DNA from: Folioceros fuciformis
Taxonomy: Eukaryota
DNA: 60,872 nt
Reading direction: 5' to 3'
Assembly (NCBI GenBank): GCA_049999805.1
Contig: JBNGIO010006333.1
Coordinates: 417,493-478,364 of the forward strand
Each line of letters begins with the position of its first letter. Position 1 is the first letter of the stretch. Shown one piece after another: positions 1-10,351 of this stretch. The translations under genes and the position numbers were made by a program. The notes below the pieces were generated by a model, which saw only the letters and a list, made by a program, of their open reading frames with translations, was not told the DNA's origin and did not search any database.

Positions 1-128
1 CACTTGCACATGATGAGAACAGGTAAATTCATGATGGGCTGCTACCATTTTCCTAATGGTACTCAATGATCGAGGAACAACTGTCACAGAATAGTACTAG
101 TGCTCCTGGCAGGGCAGGAGAATCTTTT

Positions 129-520
129 CTATGTCGTGTTCCCTTCCCATTTGCTGTATTTCCTGAGCTGGAGCTGGAGGAGTGGCAGTGAGACGTGTCT
201 TGGCAGAAGGTCCACGTACAGGGTGGCCACGTCCAATTTGCGCACACTCTCCAGGATGTTGACGATGGCCCCGATTTCGGTGTGCGTTCCAGCAGGGGAC
301 TTCGTCGCTAAGCGCTTCAGAGTGGAGCCGGTCGGGACCACCAGCAAGCTGAAGAGCAGGTCCACAAAGTCCTTGCCCGCCTCCAAGTACAGCACCCGCT
401 TGGTGCGGCGATCGCGCAGCACCGTGATTTTTACCTTGGAGGACCCGTCGTTTGTCTGCGAGGCGCCGCTCCGGAAGCCCCCTGTCGAGACGCCATTCTC
501 TATTCCGTTCGTCCAAGAAT
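129..520 (-). pseudogene. DUF674 family protein, truncated or decayed
   Basis: Frame reads KVKITVLRDRRTKRVLYLEAGKDFVDLLFSLLVVPTGS, matching the plant DUF674 N-terminal motif (AEAGKDFVDxLFSxLxLP). Candidate acceptor TTTATGCAG at about 521. The ORF stops at 129, earlier than expected for the family. Confidence 0.7.
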
Positions 521-653
521 CTGCATAAAGATCTTCATGTCAGCCCTGTTAAGAAATCGGGTTGAGCCTTTGTTCACAGGAAAACAACACTCATTCCCAA
601 GCTACACAGCATAGGGTAGTGGGCAAACAAACTCACTAAAACACTATGTAGGA

Positions 654-803
654 AGGCACACTAAGCCATCTAAGAAGGCACACTGAGCCATTGAGCCATC
701 TAGGAACGCAAGGCACACTGAGCCATTGAGCCATCTAGGAACGCAAGGCACACTGAGCCATTGAGCGATCTAGGAACGCAAGGCACACTGAGCCATTGAG
801 CCA
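654..803. repeat. 35-bp tandem minisatellite (AGGCACACTGAGCCATTGAGCCATCTAGGAACGCA), about 4 copies
   Basis: Direct tandem copies visible in the sequence. Confidence 0.9.
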
Positions 804-1607
804 GTGAGGTTTGCTCCCCCGCAGCGTGGGTTCCCCGCTGAATTCGATGGCCACAGGCAGGCTGTGCGGCATGGATGCGGCTTGGACGTCAAGCGGCCCC
901 GTGGCTTCAGAGGGTCTGAGGCTCAAAGCCCATCCCCTCTCTCCGGCCGACGGCTGCTGCAGCCGTCAGTCATGGACCTTGGTTTCTGGGCAAAGAGCTT
1001 GGTCACCACTTCCATTGGGTCTGGCGCTCTCTGGTTGCGATCGTGTTTGCAAACTGAGGGCTGAAAAAGCTGGGGATTCACCGCTTCCACTGCACTGAGA
1101 CCGTGTTCCTATGTACGTAGACAGCAGAACACATTCCTCTGCTTTTGCAGTTAGGCTACGTGCGCTTCCGTGCGCTTGTTGTGTTTGCTTTGGTGCACTG
1201 TCTGGTTTGTAAGGATGCCCAAACCGGATGTCGGTAGATATCCCGTGAGAAAACAGTAAAGTATGTAGAGAGAAGGAGTTGTCTTCTTTGGTATGCCAGA
1301 TGGTATTCATCTGTCATCGAGGCGCCACTCCGGAACCTGCAAATCGAAAAGCTTGGAGGTGCCATTCCCTATTCCCCTCGTCCAAGAACCTCCAAACCAA
1401 GATCGCCCGGTCTGCTACCCTACTCTGTGAGCGTTGAAGTATCGACGTCGTACCGCCACCACCGCCGGCAGTAATGATGCAAGCGACTGGACAGTCATCA
1501 CTCCTTCCACTTCCTTACTCTCATGAACTAACTGCTGTACTTGCAGTTACAGTTATGTTCACTTATCGCTCATAACGGTTTCCCCGCGTACTCAATCGAC
1601 CGATGCA

Positions 1608-1671
1608 GCTGCATTACATCGCCGAAAAAGCCAGACCGCTGCATTACATCGCCGAAAAAGCCAGACCGCTG
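1608..1671. repeat. 30-bp tandem duplication
   Basis: GCTGCATTACATCGCCGAAAAAGCCAGACC occurs twice in tandem. Confidence 0.9.
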
Positions 1672-1794
1672 AGGCACGCAGGAGCTATTGGTACACACAA
1701 AGTAATGAGGCACATAACTCGAGGCCGGCGCAAATGGTTTTGCCTTCGGCATCCCATATGTCATGGGGCCATGCCCACTCGCACCACCAGCACA

Positions 1795-1957
1795 CGTTAC
1801 CGTTGGACGGCAACAGCCGGACCCGTTACCGTTGGACGGCAACAGCCGGACCCGTTACCGTTGGACGGCAACAGCCGGACCCGTTACCGTTGGACGGCAA
1901 CAGCCGGACCCGTTACCGTTGGACGGCAACAGCCGGACCCGTTACCGTTGGACGGCA
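1795..1957. repeat. 29-bp tandem array (CGTTACCGTTGGACGGCAACAGCCGGACC) running into an assembly gap
   Basis: About 5.5 exact copies, followed by 100 N. Confidence 0.95.
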
Positions 1958-2057
1958 NNNNNNNNNNNNNNNNNNNNNNNNNNNNNNNNNNNNNNNNNNN
2001 NNNNNNNNNNNNNNNNNNNNNNNNNNNNNNNNNNNNNNNNNNNNNNNNNNNNNNNNN
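1958..2057. other. Assembly gap (100 N)
   Basis: N run. Confidence 1.
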
Positions 2058-2459
2058 GCCAAACTGCATCCCTAAGTTGTGCTAGGGCATAGTTATTCCA
2101 GGAAATAAAAAACGGCAAAACACTTTGGTTTCAAAACACATGTTAATGAAAGCCTCCGGACCTTCCTCGCTCAATTAGTCGAGTGTGTCACACCAAGCTA
2201 GCAATGTGCGTTGCTTGATCACGCTATGGGAAGTGGTATGATGGTCCTTGTAGGTGCAGGAGGCGTGTGCGTACGGGATGTGCTGCGATGGATTGATTAG
2301 GTGTGGGTGGCTTGTAGTTCATCTCGTTAGTAAAGTGTAAGTTTTCAGGTCCTCCGGTTGATTCACAAGAGTTTTGATTGCTTCGTAGACATCATTTAAT
2401 TAGCCTAATCTCGGGTTCGGTTAAGCATTTTGACGTCAGGTGTTATGCTATCTCCGTAG

Positions 2460-2960
2460 ATGGCAAGGTTTCCTTATGAGATCCAGACTCCACTGCCAGG
2501 CATTTTCAACAAAACTAGCGTGGAATGGCTAGACTCCATACATGTAGTTTGTAAAATTATAATGGAGGTGAAGACTTACATTCCGTGGAAAAGGGTTTCA
2601 GACTTCTCGATAGGTGAGAAACAAAATCCAATTTTTCCAAATAGGCTTGTGAAATGCTACGTGTGGTCTGGGGCAAAGGCACGCAAGTATAATGTCCTAT
2701 CACCAACCACACCAAAACAATACATAAAGTACTGTTGTGCGCATGGTTCCAAATCTGACAACCATCTCCAAAGTGATGCACCTTTGGTGAACATGACTAA
2801 CAGGCCAAAGTCTTGATGTGGAAGTCAAAGGAGCAAGTTGGCTTGTGGGGAGAGCAGGAAAGTAGGTTGTGAGTTTGTGGTTGTTATTACTCAATTGGAG
2901 TTGTTTCAAAATATTGTTCAAATCCGTTTTGATCAAGAGCATACGTGAATGCCTTTGGTG
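2460..2960 (+). pseudogene. N-terminal fragment of a SWIM-zinc-finger-family / MULE-related transposase-like protein
   Basis: YIPWKRVSDFSIGE...YCCAHG...ESRKVGCEF resembles the N-terminal domain of Arabidopsis At1g60560-type SWIM proteins (IPYxRVxxFIxGE...YWCSFG...RGCxCHF, recalled from memory). In-frame stop and frameshift present. Confidence 0.55.
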
Positions 2961-3234
2961 ACTTTAAGTAGATAAAGTAGAAATGCCAATCCTTGCCCAT
3001 TGTGCAAAGACTGGCCACGTTTTTTGTCTTTGCATAGTCACTTGCAACGCGATTGTTGGAATTCATCTTACAACCAAAACTCCATTGTTTGAGACGTATC
3101 ATTCTGTAATCCCTGCATAGACCTTCAATTCAAGACACTGGGCACAGAAATATAGGAACTATGCATGCAAAAACCTCCTGCTGCATTCTCGTTTTGGTGC
3201 ATCCGTTTTTCAATGATATTGTAAGCATTTGAAT

Positions 3235-3540
3235 GCCAAACCAAAGTACAGACATATCATTCTGTAGCCCGTGCAGAGCGCTTTGATTCAAGATATCAGC
3301 CAGGGCATTCTGCAAATAGTGCATGAAGCGACCTGGTAAAAAAGTTCTACTGCAATCTTGTTGTTATGCATTCATTTTCAATGATACCGCAAGATGCCAA
3401 ACCAAAGTATAGACATATCATTCTGTAGCCCATGCAGAGAACTTTGATTCCAGATATGGGCTAGGTCATTTTGCAAATAGTGCATGAAGCAATCTGGAAC
3501 AAACGTTCTACTGCAATCTTGTTGTTATGCATCCGTTTTC
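3235..3540. repeat. About 160-bp diverged tandem duplication inside the Mutator-like element
   Basis: CCAAACCAAAGTAYAGACATATCATTCTGTAGCCC... recurs at about 3236 and 3397. Confidence 0.8.
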
Positions 3541-3594
3541 CACCCATTGTTGGGGAGTTTCATGGCTGTTTTTGGCCAGACAAACCCTGAAAGA

Positions 3595-3822
3595 TAAAGC
3601 AGAGCAAGAAGCTAGATTGAGCTATAATAATTGAATTGCTTGAGAACGTTGTACATATAGTGTCTGGGATGCAGTTGTAACCGCGCTACTATCGAGTGCT
3701 AGCGTAACCGACAGAACTAATCTTCAGCAACTAAAACATTTATCTACTTATGCACGAAACGTGCCCTAATAACTCTTGGGTGCTAAAGCCCAATCTGTGG
3801 CGCCAGAGTTTCTACTCCAACA
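3595..3822 (-). repeat. 3' LTR of the Copia element
   Basis: Direct repeat of 10856-11083 with about 18 mismatches in 228 bp by my manual count. Confidence 0.95.
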
Positions 3823-4061
3823 CTCTCCCTCGCTGCGGATTCTAGCTTGCTGTGATGGATTCGATCTCCCACACATGTCTCAACCTCTTCCTCGATCTTC
3901 CAGGTGCAGAGGTGGAAGGTCGAAGTAGCAGAAGTAGGATGCTGGCAGTGGTGGAGCAGAGCCGTGCTGTCGAAACTAAGGAGCTCCCCCTTTCTATGCA
4001 CTAGTAGCTGCGAAGGGAATGCTCAGATAAAATTCTCTGCTCACCAGTCCTAGAACAGCCT

Positions 4062-6345
4062 GTTCTCCTCATAATAAAAGTCTGGTACCTGGGTGAAGCC
4101 ACGGGCTACCAGCCTGGACTTGTATCTCGAAATAGTTCCATCGGGGTTGAGTTTTCTTCTGAAGGTCCATTTGCAAGAGATTGGTTTGCGTCAAGTAGGC
4201 AGGTCGGTGAGCTTGTAGGTATTATTGGCTATTAAGGAGTCGTATTTAGATTGGATAGATGCCTTCCACTCGGGTGTACTAAGGGCTTCTTCTATGCTTG
4301 CAGGTACATCTTGCATTTCAATTGCTGAAAGAGCTTGATGTAGAGCAAGCTCGATTGGGTTTGCATTGGCAGGTTGGGCTCGAGCGTGAACTGGTGCTTC
4401 TATAGGTGGAACGTCTGCTTGACGAGAAAAAGAATCCCTAGGAATGGAAGGTGGATTTTTCCATAGATGGCTTGGTGGTCTATTGCATACGGAATGCCTT
4501 AGAGGAGGGAGGTAAGGTTCTTGCACGGGTGCCTGGACCATTGGGATGTGGTTCATATCTAAGTCTTGGTTATCTATCACATGATGGTGTGGCTGATCTA
4601 GAACTGCTGGTGCAGGTAGTTGTGGAGGAGGTAGTACCTGGGGCTGTACTTAAGCAGCTGGAACATATGGTGGTGCTTGGGCTACTGGAGCAGGGTAAAC
4701 GAGTTGCCGGTTCTCCTCTTGGACTTGGTTGTCGTCGTAGAGTGTGGCCCCCTCAAGAGCAAGAGGGGAATCCATGTCGAGGAAACCTAACATGCTTGGA
4801 GTAGGGAGGGGGGACGATAGAGAGGCTACATAGGAGTTGAGCAGCAAGGATTCATGGAAGTGGACACTTCTGGAGAGTATTACCTCGCGGGTGGAAAGGT
4901 CAAAAAGGCGATATGCCTTGGCCTATCTGAATACCCGACAAAGAGGAGTTTTCTGCCCTTATCGTCCCATTTGCGTCTGCTAACGTCAGGGATGTGAGCA
5001 AATGTTGGACTGCCAAAGATTTTGATATGGGAGATCCGGGGCTTGTTCCTTGTCCAGCGCTCAAAGGGTGTGATGTTGGTTAGCTCTTTTGTGGGTAATT
5101 TGTTCTTCAGATAGTTGGATGTTGCTACGACCTCGGCCCAGTAGCCTCGAGTGAGCCCAAAAAGCTTGAGTATGGATCTGGACATCTCAAGAAGGGAGCG
5201 ATTCAGTCGCTCAGCAAATGCGTTCTGGGCTGGTGTGTGAGGTACTGTGAGTTGGCGGAGAATCCCTTTGGATTTGTAGAAGTCCTCTAAAGCGTGACTT
5301 GTGTACTCTCCTCTGTTGTCAGTGCGGAGTGTGCTGACCTGGAAACCTGTTTGCCTTTCTGCTGCTAGGACAAATTCTTGGAAACATGTGAGTGCTTCGT
5401 CCTTGTGCCTAAGGAAAAAGATATGGCAGTACTTACTCCAATCGTCCAAGAATGTCAAGAAGTAGCTGTGACCACCAAACTGGAGGTGGTCATTGGTCCG
5501 CAAATATCTGAGTGTACGACCTCCAAGAGACGTCGGGCTCGAGTAGGTGAGGATGTAACTTTGAGTACTTGCATATCTTGCAGAAGAAGTCCTTGGGTAC
5601 CTTGATGCTGACAGGATCCTTATACATGTTCGGGTTGGAAAATGTGCTGAGGTACCGGGGATTGATATGCCCTGCTCGACAGTGCTAGAGTCTAGTGATG
5701 TCAAGGTTGCCTGATAAGGAGTTGGCCACGGCTAGTGCTGAAGACGACTGAATATTGAGCAGGTACAGGTCGTTGAAGGGAAGTCCATGTGCTATAGCAG
5801 TTTGAGTCATGTCATCTGAATGATAGATGGAGCAATGGTTGCCTTGGAAGGTAATTATGAGATTGTGCTCCGTTGCTAGCTTGCGGACTGATAGTAAATT
5901 CTTTGTCATTGTAGGAACGTGGAGGGCACCGTTGATGGTGAGAGTTTCTCCATTAGACAACCGTAGCTGTACCTCACCAGTGCCTTCGATTGGTAGGGAA
6001 CTGTCATCTCCAAGGAGGACGTGCTGGTCGAAGTTGACCATATGGTAGGATGTGAACATATCCTTACTGCTGCAGATGTGGGTCCTTGCACCCGAATCTA
6101 AAAACCATCTACAGCTGTCCGTTCTGGTCAGTGTCAAGCAAACGGCTAGAATTGAGCTTGCAGGGGGTGACTTGATTGATATAGTCGCGTTGGACTCATT
6201 TCTGGGTGAGTCTCGTCAAGGTTCTCCTGATTGTTTCTTCCTGCATTCGTGCTCGTAGTGCTCGGGAATGCGGCACCATTTGCATGGGCCCTTCCCGTTC
6301 TTCTTATGAGGTAGGCTGGAGTTGTTGAATCCTCCAACATTGTCT
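4062..6345 (-). pseudogene. Copia zinc knuckle, protease, integrase and start of RT (frameshifted, with stops)
   Basis: CKWCRIPEHYEHEC knuckle; WFLDSGARTH protease; YFLTFLDDWSKY...LRTDNRGEY...QNAFAERLNRSL integrase; CKWTFRRKLNPDGTISRYKSRLVARGFTQ RT start, truncated near 4062. Confidence 0.92.
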
Positions 6346-6856
6346 AACCCAGACGGGCGGATTCCACAAAGCCTGTTTTGCGCATTTCACATTCGTTGTG
6401 ATCCGCGCTCCTTAACTACCTTTGATCTAATACCACAAACAATGACACCACCGACATGTATCCGAATATTCTTTTTGCTGCAAAGGTCAATAAAACCAAA
6501 ATTAATGAAATAAACAGTTTGAGTCTTCTACACGAAACTTGATATTTTGCAACCCTAAACATATGGTGCGTCGCTCAACCAGCGCACAAACTTTTCAAAG
6601 TACTTCAAGTTCAAGTTTATAACGAGCTCAAATTAAGTCAAGTTTATTGTGAAACAAAAATAAGGTCGTCTTGGTTGGCTTCAGAGTCCACAACTACATC
6701 TAAATCTCTCAGTCATTGTGCATCTGTATTGCCAAAGTCATTAGCACCAACTCGTAGCACTGAGAAGTTGGGGTCCTCTGAAGTTTGGGGCGGCAAAGTA
6801 CAATTCTCATCCCAGACAGTGATGGCGTAAAGGTCTTCCGCAGGCCTATCATCAAT

Positions 6857-7738
6857 CTAGGATATGAACTCTCCTTTCTTGCCCAACATATTGAACACCA
6901 TTAGTTTGCAGTCCACGTTCCCATCACCACACACTTCCTTCGCCCAAAACTTTGATGGGCCTCGCGTAAACGACTCTGTCGTAATCTCCTCATCTGCGTC
7001 AGGCAAAGACCCTAGCCCGATAATCCGTTGCATAATATATGAAGTGCACCTGACATCCACATCGATAGCCACCGCATGCCTTCCATGCTGAACTGCACTT
7101 TGGAGAAGAGATCCCGAGCCTGCCCATGCATCAACCACCCAGTCCCCCTCACAAGAAAACATATTAATTAGCATACTCATCAACCCTAATGGTTTTTGGT
7201 GAGGAGAGACGACATGCGCATTTGCTGAATGAAAAAGGTACTTCTTCACCACCGCCCCATGCCTTATAACCCTTGGGAGCAGAAATCCATGATTCACAAA
7301 AAGTGCAGCCTTCGATTCTTGAGCCTCCGTTTGAACTACACTCCCAACAGTGACATATTCAACTATTTCCACTGCTCCTGCGTTTTGGGGTATGTTCGTC
7401 TTCTCCCATACCAGTGTCTGAATGCTCCCCTTCTTGCACCATGGTCGTAGTGCCTCCCTTTCTTCCGAAATCATATATACTCCATGCATTAGAATAACTC
7501 TAAAAATATTGCTCAAAGTGCATTCATTGAACCCTTGGAGCATTTCATCTAACTCGACTACCTTCATCTGCTTGTCATACTCATCCTGTTGTAATCTCCG
7601 AGGCAGGTCTGCAAATAACAGTGTATAGGGGCGTTTGATGAGAAATGCCTTCATTTCCAGTACATTCCTTTCAATAACCTGGTATTTTACTTTTGAGTTA
7701 CTCGCCGGAACCCGAAAATACGATAGCCTTGCATCCAT
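6857..7738 (-). CDS. Beta-class N6-adenine/N4-cytosine DNA methyltransferase (N6_N4_Mtase-like), probably decayed
   Basis: Motif order: LLFADLP (catalytic motif IV-like), LVWEKTN, VEYVTVG, SPHQKPLGLMSMLINMFSCEGDWVVDAWAGSGS (HPxQKP...GDxVxDxFxGSG SAM-binding), GRHAVAIDVD. The frame continues beyond in-frame stops on both sides (about 6645-7870). Confidence 0.88.
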   Translation of the reverse strand: MDARLSYFRVPASNSKVKYQVIERNVLEMKAFLIKRPYTLLFADLPRRLQQDEYDKQMKVVELDEMLQGFNECTLSNIFRVILMHGVYMISEEREALRPWCKKGSIQTLVWEKTNIPQNAGAVEIVEYVTVGSVVQTEAQESKAALFVNHGFLLPRVIRHGAVVKKYLFHSANAHVVSPHQKPLGLMSMLINMFSCEGDWVVDAWAGSGSLLQSAVQHGRHAVAIDVDVRCTSYIMQRIIGLGSLPDADEEITTESFTRGPSKFWAKEVCGDGNVDCKLMVFNMLGKKGEFIS

Positions 7739-7921
7739 ATCGGCTACTGCCAGCTTCTACTTCTCCTCTTCCATCCTTTTCCAGTTTTTTGCCGAATATA
7801 CGAAATCCTGGAATGGCTTTGGCAGTGACTCCAAGTCCGCTATGTCTGAAGGTTTCTGCAACCAGAATTGTACACATTAGTCTGGCTACTGATAAAGCTA
7901 CTTAAACATGAGCAGACATGA

Positions 7922-8154
7922 GTGCGCTGGTAGACCGGCGCACTCATGCGCGCGAAACGTCGACAATGCGCTGGTCTATCGGTGCACTGGAGTCGGCTGA
8001 GGGAAGTGCATCGGCCTACCGACGCATTACTGCCGGTTGGAGCTCCAGTGCACCGGTCTACCAACGCACTTCCCCCCAGCACGGGCTCTAGTGCGCCGAT
8101 AGACCGGCGCATTGCTGTAGGCTGGAGCTCCAGTGTGCCGGTAGACCAGCGCAC
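7922..8154. repeat. Array of six imperfect 22-bp palindromes (consensus GTGCGCCGG-TAGA-CCGGCGCAC) at about 42-bp spacing
   Basis: Copies start at 7922, 7966, 8006, 8048, 8091 and 8133; further copies at 6566, 9069 and 9102. Confidence 0.85.
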
Positions 8155-8178
8155 GAGAGCCCACTCGGATGGAGTAAG

Positions 8179-8929
8179 AAACAAAGGACAGTTCTGGATA
8201 ATGTCGTTGAATATCATCTGGCACAAATCAGATCAAAACTGGAGATGCGATTACGACAACACTTAGGACCAGGCAAGAACTTGTGGTGGGATGAGTTTTG
8301 GGCAGAGCAAGAGGCTATCGTGCATTCTATAAACTCCGGTGTATACAGAGACCTTGATTCTCCTTGGCGGTGGTATAATCGGGAGGCGGCAGAATTATTG
8401 AATGCACCCGTAACTGTACTAGACAAAATCGTTGTTCACAATCCATGCATCCGCGAGATTCCCAAAAGAAACATGTATGTGGGGGCATACCATAGGGAGA
8501 CGGACCTCAATGACGACCGCGAAAGTTTGAACGAGGATATAACCAAAATAGAAAAAGGGCATATGATTGCAGTCCCTTGCGAGACTGACAAAGACAATAA
8601 GGCCGTTTTGGATTGCCAAAGTCTTAGAGGCAGATATTACATGTGAAAAACCATATGTCAAAGTGCACTAGTGGGTAACCAAATGTTTAGATGCTTTTGA
8701 GGGTCATTACCAAGAAGAGATGATTTTACCACATGAAGCTTCGCCAAGAGGGTTACGTGACGGTCGCAGACGTAGGTCAAGCAGAAGACTTCAAAAGCAT
8801 ATAGATACATTATTCATTGAAGATACTTTTATTCTAGCATATGGATTTGACTTGACACACCAAAAACAACTTCCCTCCCGAATGAGGACTCTCATTCGCA
8901 GAAACCTATACGTCCTCAATCGCGACTAG
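8179..8929 (+). pseudogene. C-terminal fragment of a transposon protein with a Tudor/SH3-barrel-like motif
   Basis: ORFs 8245-8646 and 8720-8929 join through one frameshift near 8597 and one stop: KGHMIAV...RPFWIAKVL...YVKVH*W...ILAYGFDLT...LP. The fold assignment is inference. Confidence 0.55.
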
Positions 8930-9515
8930 GATACACTGCCGCCTGAAAATAATGAAAACTTGTTAGACGTTTAGATAAAAGTGTTAAGTACAAATTGGTA
9001 TGATAATTTTTGTATGTAGCGCCAAGCAAGTTTCGTTTTCCACTTGACACACATGTGTCTTTAGCAGTGTGCGCCGATCAACCGGCGCACTTTATTAAAG
9101 AGTGCGCCGGTCTACCGGCACACTCCCGCTTGTTCCGCGTCGGTTCACTGGTGTTCTATTTCGCCACCATTTCTGAAAAATGTAGATAGATATCGACAAG
9201 TGATAATTTTGAGGAACAGGGTCACCTGATATGAGGTATAGCTCAAACACTTATGACTGTGCATGGAATTTGATAACACGTGAATTACGTGATACCCGCC
9301 ATAGTACGAAGTTTTGTCATGTATTTGATTGCAATGACACCTGCAAATTTGCTAGTACTTAGGAAACAATTGATTATTAAGTTTATACTCAACACTCTTT
9401 TAGGCCACATTTCGGGTTCTCCTGACAAAAACACGTGAAAATGCGAATATCTGACATGAGTTTTCAGCGTCAAAATCTCGCGAAGCCTGAAATGGTAGAA
9501 TACGCCCGTCTGGGT

Positions 9516-10351
9516 TAGGCACTGTTCTCCAAGTGATGATTGTTGGTCTGAGGATCTTTTGGCGGAGATTCTCCCCCTGCCTCTGCCTCGTCTTCCTCCT
9601 CGGCCTTGAGAAGTAAAGAGGACGTGATTTGCACCTTGACTTGTGCGTGGATTGCTGGAGCGGCTGGATTCTTCCTCCAAGAGTTTGCCAACGACTTCTA
9701 AGAAAGTGTAAGTTGGCGTGGCTCTAGTTGTAGTTGCCTGAATTGCCTGTCTAAGAACCGAGTTCTGTGAACTGACAAATGTCCTATATGACGAGGGGAG
9801 AGATGTTAGCAACGTTACTGCAGCCTGGAGCTCTATGACAGTTGTGCCACAAGCTGCAACCCTGGCCCGTGAGGACCTGAAGTTGTGTACGTGCTGTTCT
9901 GCACTCTCATTCTCCTTCATTTTCAGCGTGTAGAAATGTCTTGTTGCATGTATAAGGGACATGGAACTTTGGGATTGGAACATGTCTTTGAAAGCCTTCC
10001 AAATCCCGTGGGCTGTGGTCTGCCCATGTGTATGCCGAAGCACGGTTTTATCTAAAGCTGAGATAAGCAAATTTCTGGCCTTCTTATCTTTCTTATGCCA
10101 AGCAGCTATCAGGTCGGGAGTCCCCACAGGGGTTGTTGTAGTAGAGGGTATAGGGAATGTCCCATCGGTATGTCCATGAGATCTTGGTCCTCGAGAAGTG
10201 CAATTATGCGCATTTCCCACACGTCGAAGTCAGTTCCTGTGAAGCGATCACGGTCACGGAACTCGATCTTCGTTGTGTTGATAACCGTACCCGTTGCCGT
10301 TAGTTTCCTGAATTTTTTGAAGTGCGGTTTAAGTGGATCGAAGGCGAGCAT
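9516..10351 (-). pseudogene. Copia gag (UBN2-like), N-terminal part
   Basis: FTGTDFDVWEMRIIALL; WHKKDKKARNLL; TAHGIWKAFKDMF; LLTSLPSSY; RG-rich segment. One frameshift near 10180. Confidence 0.9.

Larger units (their letters stand above)
6347..9515. mobile_element. Unclassified TIR DNA transposon derivative carrying an amino-methyltransferase, inserted into Copia gag
   Basis: 21-bp TIRs ACCCAGACGGGCG(G/T)ATTC(C/T)AC with 2 mismatches, flanked by TA at 6345-6346 and 9516-9517. Removing the element and one TA restores the gag frame (...EQCLDNVGG...). Confidence 0.9.

Noticed and set aside
654-1957. 35-bp and 29-bp arrays as CRISPR or coding repeats
   Set aside because: Head-to-tail units without spacers; the ORFs across them are repeat artefacts.
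7922-8154. CRISPR-like repeat-spacer array
   Set aside because: Repeats are degenerate and switch orientation, spacers are short and related to each other, there are no cas genes, and the context is a eukaryotic TE.
6857-8929. Bacterial contamination or a complete restriction-modification operon
   Set aside because: The segment is TIR-bounded inside a plant Copia gag whose frame is restored on removal; no restriction-nuclease motif was recognised.
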